Assembly (NCBI GenBank): GCA_003649205.1
Contig: QMRC01000007.1
Span: 1 to 64,000, forward strand
Origin: Thermoprotei archaeon
GTDB taxonomy: Archaea > Thermoproteota > Thermoprotei > Thermoproteales > B15-G16
Direction of reading: 5' to 3'
Length of the DNA stretch: 64,000 bases
Part shown: piece after piece, positions 56,541 through 64,000 of the stretch
How positions within the stretch are numbered: position 1 is the first letter of the stretch
How the letters are laid out: each line of letters starts with the position of its first letter
Notes under the pieces: generated by a model
Told to the model about the DNA's origin: nothing
The model's database searches: none
Seen by the model: the letters and a program-made list of their open reading frames with translations, nothing else
Translations under genes and position numbers: made by a program

Positions 56541-58715
56541 TTACGAGTATAGAAACGTAAGTGATGCCAGCACTAGATATACGAGCTGTGAAGCTACTAG
56601 TCCAATACCAATCATGTAAAGGATCACTGACAATGTCAACCTTACACTACGTGACTCCTGATATATCACAGCTATTGTTGGTAGACAAGGTACGTAAAGC
56701 GTGAAGAAAACCAGAAACGCCATCAAGCTAGGTAGAGTGAAGCCAAGTGCTCTCAATGCTTCATCAATACTCACTCCACCATATAGTAATGACGTAGCCT
56801 CCAAGAAGGCCTCCTTCGCTATAAATCCATGAAGTAGTGCAAAACCTACCTTCCACGCTTTTTCAGCGTCAAGACCATACAGCACAGAAATTACTGGAGC
56901 TAGTAGCTTCCCAAGTAATGCACCATAGGTCTTCTCAATACCTACACCATACCCCTCTGGACCATAGCTCAGCAACATCCACGTGACGATACTCAAGCCA
57001 ACTATTATGATACCTGCCTTCCTTAGGAAGTGCTTACTGTAATCCCAAGTCAACCACCACAGTACCTTACCTGAAGGTCTGTGAATTGGAGGTAGCTCAA
57101 TAACCAGTTCCGGTGGCTCCTTCCTACGGTACACGACTCTCCTAGTGAGAATTGATGTGAGGAGTGCTACAAGGAAGGATATGGCGTAGAGCGATAGAAG
57201 TGCAAGTGCTTGCCCTAGTGGGTTCTTAATGTATGTAGTGACAAATGCTAAGATAACAACTAACCTTGCTTGACAAGGAATGAATGGTACAGAAACTATC
57301 AATTGCCTCCTCTCCTCTTCCTCAAGTGCTGTCCTAGATGCCAGTACAGCAGGTAGGTTACATCCGAGACCTATCATGAATGGGTAAATAGCTCTACCAC
57401 TTAACCCAAATCTACTGAAGAAGTTGTGGAATGAGATAGCGAAGCGTGGTGCTAATCCACTATCCTCTAGCGTAGCTATGAGTAGAGAGATCAACATTAT
57501 CAGTGGCAGGAATGAGAGAATAGCACCAACACCTGGAATAACACCATCAACTATTAACGACGTCACTTGTGGTCCAAGACACGTCTTGAGAAGTGGTTCA
57601 AGAAGTGTACTTAGGTACGTAAATCCTAGACCAAGCAATCCCGATATGCTGTACTCCTCAATTAACTCAGCTAATTCACTAAACCCTAAGTAGCTAAGAA
57701 GTACATTGAATGGAAATCCCGTATTCACAGCAAATATCAGAGAGAACAGTATGAGAAGGGATATGAAACTGACTACAGGACCCATCAGTGGGTGCTGAAT
57801 TAACCTATCGAGAAGCGCAGTAGCTAACTCAGTTAGGCTAAGTTCCTCGTACCTACGTGCTTTCTTCTCAACACGAACAACGACATCGCCTAGGAGAGAG
57901 TCTATGAACTTGAATCTCTGAGCTACAAATAACTCCATTAACTCTCTACCATAGGTTCTAGCTAATGACTCGCGAATCCTCCTAACTCCATGAACTACCT
58001 CATCTTCACCAAGTAACTCAAGCTCCTTCTCCAGCTCTGGATCACCTTCGAGAAGTCTAATAGCCAACCACCTAAGAGGGTACTTCCTGGAGAGAGCTGA
58101 CTTAGACAGTACCCTCTCCACATCGGATATAGTAGACTCAAGAAAAGACCCATAGTTAACCCTAATAGGCTCTCTCCTACACCTCCTACCCTCGGCAACA
58201 TCAATTATCGCATCGAGTAATTCTCTCAAGCCATATCCCTTAATAGCGGATACAGGAACTACAGGAACAGAGAGCTTACTTTCAAGTCTATCTACGTGGA
58301 TGTGAATGCCTAAACTATGTGTGAGGTCTGATTTCGTCAACGCAATGACGACTTTAGGCGTTAACTCAAGTACCTGAATAGCTAGGTACATTGTCCTCTC
58401 TACAGCTGTTGAATCAACGAGCACCAAAACGAGATCAGGTTTCTCCTCCACGATGTACTTCCTAGCAATAACCTCTTCAGTGGTGGAAGCTGATAAACCG
58501 TAGATACCGGGTAGATCAACAAATCGAATAATCTTGCCCTTATATTCACGAACTCCCTCCTTTCTCTCAACGGTTGTTCCAGGCCAATTAGCTACATGAG
58601 ATATCTCACCAGTGAGTACGTTAAATAGCGTTGACTTACCAACATTTGGCTGCCCAATAACGCCAACAACTATCTCACGTTCTCTTCCACTGTTCTTACC
58701 CGTGGTAACCACCAT
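56541..58715 (-). CDS. feoB: Ferrous iron transporter FeoB
   Basis: GQPNVGKS, NWPGTTVE, DLPG, LEDSG, PFIPC, FFTLYVPC; ATG 58715 preferred. Confidence 0.96.
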   Translation of the reverse strand: MVVTTGKNSGREREIVVGVIGQPNVGKSTLFNVLTGEISHVANWPGTTVERKEGVREYKGKIIRFVDLPGIYGLSASTTEEVIARKYIVEEKPDLVLVLVDSTAVERTMYLAIQVLELTPKVVIALTKSDLTHSLGIHIHVDRLESKLSVPVVPVSAIKGYGLRELLDAIIDVAEGRRCRREPIRVNYGSFLESTISDVERVLSKSALSRKYPLRWLAIRLLEGDPELEKELELLGEDEVVHGVRRIRESLARTYGRELMELFVAQRFKFIDSLLGDVVVRVEKKARRYEELSLTELATALLDRLIQHPLMGPVVSFISLLILFSLIFAVNTGFPFNVLLSYLGFSELAELIEEYSISGLLGLGFTYLSTLLEPLLKTCLGPQVTSLIVDGVIPGVGAILSFLPLIMLISLLIATLEDSGLAPRFAISFHNFFSRFGLSGRAIYPFMIGLGCNLPAVLASRTALEEEERRQLIVSVPFIPCQARLVVILAFVTTYIKNPLGQALALLSLYAISFLVALLTSILTRRVVYRRKEPPELVIELPPIHRPSGKVLWWLTWDYSKHFLRKAGIIIVGLSIVTWMLLSYGPEGYGVGIEKTYGALLGKLLAPVISVLYGLDAEKAWKVGFALLHGFIAKEAFLEATSLLYGGVSIDEALRALGFTLPSLMAFLVFFTLYVPCLPTIAVIYQESRSVRLTLSVILYMIGIGLVASQLVYLVLASLTFLYS

Positions 58716-58752
58716 GAGTTTGACATATACAACATTTAATAAACATTTCCAC

Positions 58753-58986
58753 TTACTTGAGCACTTCAACCAGAATCTTCTTAGCAATACCCCTACTCAG
58801 GGCAATCTCAACACCTCTAACCTCAATCACGAGAGGTCCCCTACCACTATTGTCAAGAACCTTAACCTCACTACCAGGTACCAACCCCATCTGCATAAGT
58901 CTTCTATTAATTCCGTAACCTACATCGAGAGCAATGACCCTACATCGAGTACCTGGAGGTACCATATCTAAAGCAGTTGTAGTCAT
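58753..58986 (-). CDS. feoA: FeoA protein
   Basis: RRLMQMGLVPG, GPLVIEVRG, IALSRGIA. Confidence 0.95.
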   Translation of the reverse strand: MTTTALDMVPPGTRCRVIALDVGYGINRRLMQMGLVPGSEVKVLDNSGRGPLVIEVRGVEIALSRGIAKKILVEVLK

Positions 58987-59702
58987 GGAGACCTCACCTC
59001 AGACACAATGAGTAGCCTAGCATGTTCAACAGGTAACTTAACGAGACGACAAGTACCATTACTCTTAATCTCAAGCTCGAGAAATCTCCGACCAACACCT
59101 CGAATACTAAATACACACCCAGTAACAAGTCCAAGCCTAGTAAGCTCATGTAGTGCCCTTGTCAGCTCACCTAGTATCCTAACAACAGTAAACACCTTAC
59201 CTACACTTACCGTGCTAATCTCAGCTAGATTACTACCACATCTCTTCTCCTCTCCTCTACCAGGTACAGGGTTGCCATGTGGACAGGATACTGGGTAATG
59301 TAGATAACTATCAATCCTCCTAATGACCTCGCTTGGAACATGCTCTAGTGAATGAGCAACAACGTGTGTGCTGTATAGATCAAGACCAAGCACTCTATAG
59401 AGGAAGCATTCCGAGACCCTGTGCTTGTATAGTACACCTAGCGCTATTTCACGACCCCTATCAGTTAACTTCGCACCACCATACCTAGTCCACTCAACGT
59501 ACCCAAGCTCATGGAGCTTCTTCAACATCTTAGATGCTGTTGAATACGTAACCTCTAGCTCACTAGCTAAGTGTGAAGTCCTGACAATACCATAAATCTC
59601 TTCGAGACGGTACATTGTCGATAAGTAATCCTCAATAGTGTTTCTAGTCTGAGAGCTAATGTTGTGTAGCGAGGTCATCCATGGGTTAGATATGGGAAAC
59701 AA
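58983..59702 (-). CDS. DtxR/MntR-family metal-dependent regulator with FeoA-like domain
   Basis: EDYL, HTH, KHRVSE, LEH, CPHGNPVP. Confidence 0.92.
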   Translation of the reverse strand: MFPISNPWMTSLHNISSQTRNTIEDYLSTMYRLEEIYGIVRTSHLASELEVTYSTASKMLKKLHELGYVEWTRYGGAKLTDRGREIALGVLYKHRVSECFLYRVLGLDLYSTHVVAHSLEHVPSEVIRRIDSYLHYPVSCPHGNPVPGRGEEKRCGSNLAEISTVSVGKVFTVVRILGELTRALHELTRLGLVTGCVFSIRGVGRRFLELEIKSNGTCRLVKLPVEHARLLIVSEVRSP

Positions 59703-59711
59703 CTTATAAGG

Positions 59712-60923
59712 TTACTCTAGGTTTAGCGAAGTTCTCTTCTCACTAAGTACAGAAACCATGAATGCCAGTGAGCAAGCAGATATAGCAAATGCTATGGTTG
59801 CTCTGTAGTTGAGAACTTCAGCTAGAAATCCACCAATAATAGAACCTATCGTGGCAGCTAAGCTAAGTGATGTATTTAGGAGACCTAGTGCTGTACCCCT
59901 TATGCTAGCACCTACTACTCTAATTAATGAAATCTCAGCACCAACAAGTAGTAAAGACCAACCCACACCTAGAAGCACCTGAATAGGTATCACCAGTACA
60001 GCTGTTGGTGTGAGCATGTAACCTACGAAGACTAGTAGTGAGAAGAGTGTACCGAGAGTAAGGGTTCTAAGACCATACCTATAAGCAAGTTCTGAAGCTC
60101 TCTTCATGAATAGTGCTGACACCAAAGTGCTAACAGCAGCAGAGATGCCAATCACAACATTGTTACCACCTAAGTACCTTATGTAGAGTGGGTATATTGC
60201 CCATACAGCACAGGCACCGGTATGCCTCAAGAATATGGTTATGTAAATTGATGTCGCTATCCTAGACTTAATTACGGTTCCTAATGCGCTAAGAAAGCTA
60301 GTATTGAGACCTTCGTTCGCTTTACCATAATTGAGTGAATAGGTTCTGGATGATATGATTAAGGATATGAGAGGTACTGAGAGCAGTAGTGCAGAGAGGG
60401 TGAAGGTCATAGCTAGACTAAATAACTCAGCAACTATACCACCAACAATACTACCGATGAAGGACCCCATGGAGTAAAATAACTCTATGATACCTATACC
60501 CCTAGTAATGCCGAAGAATTCAACAGCAATAGTACGAATTAGTGGAGCTAGTGAAGCCATAGCGATACCTTGAAATATTCTAGCAAAGAGCATTGAGAGA
60601 AATGAAGCATTTAAAACGATGACTGTACATGAGAGTATATTAAGTGAGATAGCTAACATCAGTAACCACCTAGCTCCCTTCACTCTATCAGTAATCCAAC
60701 CGAGGAAAACAGCAAAGAAAGAAGTCACTATGTAGAACGTTGAAAAGATAATACCGATGCCGAGTTCAGTGATACCACTATCCTTAGCATAGAGAGGTAG
60801 AAAGTCAAAGAAAACAGCGTACATGAATGCTGTTGTGAATGCAATAAGCACTATACCAACTCTCTCACTTAGAAATTCCAATCCATACCTCTTCAGCAAC
60901 CATATTACATTTGTAAAGCCCAT
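59712..60923 (-). CDS. MFS transporter
   Basis: About 12 TM segments, GWITDRVKG motif A, RIFQG. Confidence 0.9.
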   Translation of the reverse strand: MGFTNVIWLLKRYGLEFLSERVGIVLIAFTTAFMYAVFFDFLPLYAKDSGITELGIGIIFSTFYIVTSFFAVFLGWITDRVKGARWLLMLAISLNILSCTVIVLNASFLSMLFARIFQGIAMASLAPLIRTIAVEFFGITRGIGIIELFYSMGSFIGSIVGGIVAELFSLAMTFTLSALLLSVPLISLIISSRTYSLNYGKANEGLNTSFLSALGTVIKSRIATSIYITIFLRHTGACAVWAIYPLYIRYLGGNNVVIGISAAVSTLVSALFMKRASELAYRYGLRTLTLGTLFSLLVFVGYMLTPTAVLVIPIQVLLGVGWSLLLVGAEISLIRVVGASIRGTALGLLNTSLSLAATIGSIIGGFLAEVLNYRATIAFAISACSLAFMVSVLSEKRTSLNLE

Positions 60924-61004
60924 GAAGGTTCAAGGACTTAGGTTAGTACCTGTGTAAAATTTAAAAATTGCCCAAATGACAGCGGAGAATACACTAGGTG
61001 ATAC

Positions 61005-63566
61005 TTACACACCTCCTACTACTCGACTTATGATGCTCCTTCTCTTCAGTACGTAGCAGATGAGTATGGTAGCAATAGCTATGAGAGCTATGATAACGAA
61101 CATTGTTATCTTGACTTCAGCTTTCTCGACAACTACATTAACTACCTTACTTGTACTTAATTCTCTACCTTCCTGAGTCCAAAAGATGTCGAATTCAATG
61201 GGGTTTTTCCCGATTGGTATAGCATCACTGACATCTATCTCCATAGCTACAACTCTACTCTCCTCTGGACCCACATCTCCGACCAATATCGTTGTCGTGC
61301 CTGTGATGTAGGGAGATACCAAGCTAATTCTCACATCTCTACACATAACCTTACCCAAGTTTTTAAGCACTAAAAGCAATTTCACACCTCTCATACCTGG
61401 TTTTAAAACCTTTGGACTCTTAATCTCAATACTCCACCTAGCCTTCCCATACACCAGGAGTGGGACAGGAATCGACTTATTAATCACGTAACTACCTCTT
61501 ACATCCAGATGTAGCTCATGTAGTCCCTCATAACCTTCTGAAATATCCATTACGAAGGTCACAGTCACAGTATTGCCAACAGGTAGGTAGGGTATTGTAT
61601 ATGTATCTGAGCCAGCGTAGGTTGGTTTAGTCACATTACCTCTAAGTACTAGCTTCAAGTTCTTAGCTGGGTAATTACCTATGTTCGTTACTGTAACCTG
61701 AATCCTAACTGCTCTATCTCCATCGAAGATAGGTGTTGGTATCGTTAGTACGTGTGCTACAGCTATCTCAGCTAAACCTCTGACCTCAAATCCTACTGGT
61801 GTTAGGACTCTGTAGCTCTTACCCCACTTATCTTCGTACAGGATACTTAGATAGAGCTGTACTGCACCATAGACTACAGGTTGAATGAAGAGCCTAAATG
61901 CTGTAGTTACTGTCTCATTTTCTCTCAGTACAGGGTAGAAGTATCTACCTGGGCTAGCTAACGATACGTACTTCTCAGAGCCAGGAGCAGGTGTCAGTAC
62001 TATCGTTACATTGTATGCACTTCCCAAACCAACATTACTGACAACTATCACCACTCTATTCACTCTATTCGGCTCAAGTGTCGAATTGAGTACAGCGTAC
62101 GTTATGTATGGTTTTCCTCTCTCAAGGCTAATCAAGCTAAGGGTTATCGTATTGACGTAGGTACTACCTCTCGAATCCCTATAGGTGATGATAGCCCTTA
62201 AGTTCTGAACCCCAAATCTCTCTGTAGGTACGTAGAGCCCAATCTCTATCCTCTTGCTTGATCCAGGAGGTACCGTACCAACATCAATGACCGTAGGCCC
62301 TAATACAGCTAATTGAGGTGTTGGTTGAAGGTTAAGTACAACATCGTGAGCAGTATCGCCACCAACATTCTTGACCTCGAGGTAAACCCTCTGAACCTCA
62401 CCTGGACTTACCTGCCTTGGCTCCATCTCAAGCACTATCAGTGGTGCTTCAGCTCTCACAATGACGAATCCTAGAGTAACAGTCTCTAGATGTGATCTAT
62501 CGAGGTCATCAGTATAGTGTACCGTAAGTGCTACGTCAGCACCACCAATGGCATTAGGATCAGCGTATAGACCTAACTTCACAGAAGCTATTGCTTCAGG
62601 AGGTATATCACCAACATAGAGCTTACTCCGGCCAACAACTGTTAGCTTTGGCGAATGAGTTATAACCTCGATCGTCACATTCTTTGCTGTACCTGGCCCC
62701 CTATTCTCCACTAGTACATCCACAACTTCTTGAACACCAGCTTTGAGTGAGGTCTTCGATGTGTAGATTACTAGCTCTGGCGTAGGTACCTCAGCTATCT
62801 TAAACCCCATGGTGTAGGTCATGTAAAACCTACCAGAGGTGTCGTAGTACGTAATTCTTATAGTTACTGAGGTTGTATCACCTGATCGTGAGCTAGGGTA
62901 TATTGAGAAACGTACCTCAGCTACTTGATCCTGATCTAGTACAGCAAACCTACCTACAACACTCTCCGTGGTTACCGTAACGGAGGGATCTGCTGTGTAA
63001 ACTTCAATTGCTACATCCCTAGCAGTAGCTGTACCATTATTTTCTATCAAGACCGTAACCTCATTCTCAACCTCTTTAGTAAGTGTACGTGGTCTATAAT
63101 CAATGACTACTAGATCGGGTTCACCAGCTATAGATATTGTGAGTTCCGTACTCCAGATAAGTGAGGTGCAGTTCTTGAGGTACCTAATTTCTAGGGGTAG
63201 TACGTACGTTGTTAACTTAGCCTCATCTGGAACCCTAAAGGTGAATGTGAAGGTTACTACACGTGGATAAACAACGGTCCCATTGTAGGTATCTACCACA
63301 TAGTACTCATACCCATAGAGCTTCGTTAAGTTTAGCCTAGCAGTTACGTTGTTAATAGGTGTAGGTGACAGGCACTTTATCATAACCTCTAAAGTAGCTA
63401 AGGCACCCCTTCTCACAGGTGCTGTCCAATAACAATCCACAACACACCAATCATCAACATCCTCACTCCTCACTGCATAAGTACTCGGTAGTACAGTAAG
63501 GAATATCGTAGTGATTAATACAATGAGTAGTGCGAGTAGTGCTCGGTGAATTGAGGAGTTACACAT
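61005..63566 (-). CDS. Surface protein with repeated CARDB/Ig-like domains (COG1361-like)
   Basis: Signal peptide, six N-x-G-x3-A-x-(N/D)V type repeats, C-terminal TM with basic tail. Confidence 0.85.
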   Translation of the reverse strand: MCNSSIHRALLALLIVLITTIFLTVLPSTYAVRSEDVDDWCVVDCYWTAPVRRGALATLEVMIKCLSPTPINNVTARLNLTKLYGYEYYVVDTYNGTVVYPRVVTFTFTFRVPDEAKLTTYVLPLEIRYLKNCTSLIWSTELTISIAGEPDLVVIDYRPRTLTKEVENEVTVLIENNGTATARDVAIEVYTADPSVTVTTESVVGRFAVLDQDQVAEVRFSIYPSSRSGDTTSVTIRITYYDTSGRFYMTYTMGFKIAEVPTPELVIYTSKTSLKAGVQEVVDVLVENRGPGTAKNVTIEVITHSPKLTVVGRSKLYVGDIPPEAIASVKLGLYADPNAIGGADVALTVHYTDDLDRSHLETVTLGFVIVRAEAPLIVLEMEPRQVSPGEVQRVYLEVKNVGGDTAHDVVLNLQPTPQLAVLGPTVIDVGTVPPGSSKRIEIGLYVPTERFGVQNLRAIITYRDSRGSTYVNTITLSLISLERGKPYITYAVLNSTLEPNRVNRVVIVVSNVGLGSAYNVTIVLTPAPGSEKYVSLASPGRYFYPVLRENETVTTAFRLFIQPVVYGAVQLYLSILYEDKWGKSYRVLTPVGFEVRGLAEIAVAHVLTIPTPIFDGDRAVRIQVTVTNIGNYPAKNLKLVLRGNVTKPTYAGSDTYTIPYLPVGNTVTVTFVMDISEGYEGLHELHLDVRGSYVINKSIPVPLLVYGKARWSIEIKSPKVLKPGMRGVKLLLVLKNLGKVMCRDVRISLVSPYITGTTTILVGDVGPEESRVVAMEIDVSDAIPIGKNPIEFDIFWTQEGRELSTSKVVNVVVEKAEVKITMFVIIALIAIATILICYVLKRRSIISRVVGGV

Positions 63567-63567
63567 G

Positions 63568-64000
63568 CTACTCTAACCTCATCTTCAATAGGAACATCGA
63601 GAATATGAGGACAGTAACTGTGTACACGATCAATGCTGTGAACTCTGTAGATACATCAGCTAGTGTAGCACCCTTAATCATTATCTTGTAGAAGGCTTCA
63701 GCAAAGTAATAGGATGGGAGTGTATAGCTTATGAGCTTAATCTCCTTGGGGAAGAGTGCTACTGGTTTGAAGAATCCAGAGAAGAGTAGACATGGTATGA
63801 AGAAGAATATCGCTGTCTGCTGTGCCTGTAGCTGATTTCGTGAAATTGCTGATATTACAAGCCCTATACTCAGTGATGTTAGTAAGAAAACAATACAGAT
63901 CAGAATTAGGTCAGTTATTGGTCCCTTGATGTGTACATCAAATACTGAGATCCCTATGAATAGTGTGAAGAATAGATCGCCAAGTGTAGCTATGAAGTAC
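63568..64000 (-). CDS. ABC-2 type exporter permease (partial, 5' end outside the window)
   Basis: Manual translation ...LSIGLVISAISRNQLQAQQ...LLFSGFFKP...LPSYYF...KMRLE-stop; missing from the ORF track. Confidence 0.88.
   Translation of the reverse strand, partial: YFIATLGDLFFTLFIGISVFDVHIKGPITDLILICIVFLLTSLSIGLVISAISRNQLQAQQTAIFFFIPCLLFSGFFKPVALFPKEIKLISYTLPSYYFAEAFYKIMIKGATLADVSTEFTALIVYTVTVLIFSMFLLKMRLE

Noticed and set aside
1-64000. CRISPR arrays, rRNA or tRNA genes, transposases, integrases, inteins
   Set aside because: No regularly spaced repeats, long GC-rich structural RNA or such protein motifs were seen

Overview
Core-genome window from a hyperthermophile-type crenarchaeon (Thermoproteota). 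This is inferred from crenactin, Cren7, PCNA, archaeal RadA, ApgM, Clp1 and Trm5-type genes, GGTG-type ribosome-binding sites and many C/D box sRNAs. Left end: an 'arcade'-type cytoskeleton locus on the minus strand (PCNA, crenactin, arcadin-2, arcadin-3, Rad50/SMC-like arcadin-4), followed by a THUMP-SPOUT methyltransferase and two long coiled-coil genes. Middle: housekeeping and metabolic genes (ppsA, nucleoside hydrolase, thiL, clp1, apgM, aminotransferase, amino-acid ABC parts, FGGY kinase, TatD-like, radical SAM enzymes, trm5-like, PAPS-reductase-like, larC), one degraded regulator pseudogene and 14 candidate C/D box guide RNAs. Right: an 11-gene plus-strand DNA resection/recombination cluster (nurA, herA with SWIM-like tail, mre11, rad50, membrane protein, inactive HerA-like protein, unknown, divergent RadA, SWIM protein, inactive RecA-fold protein, C2H2/coiled-coil protein), then feoB-feoA-DtxR, an MFS transporter, a CARDB surface protein and a partial ABC-2 permease. 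Best lead: the last gene of the recombination cluster ends in a peptide closely matching the C-terminal helix of this genome's arcadin-2 (the part of arcadin-2 known to bind crenactin). That suggests a membrane- and actin-tethered recombination machinery with a Shu-complex-like module. All calls are by eye from motifs; no database searches were run.
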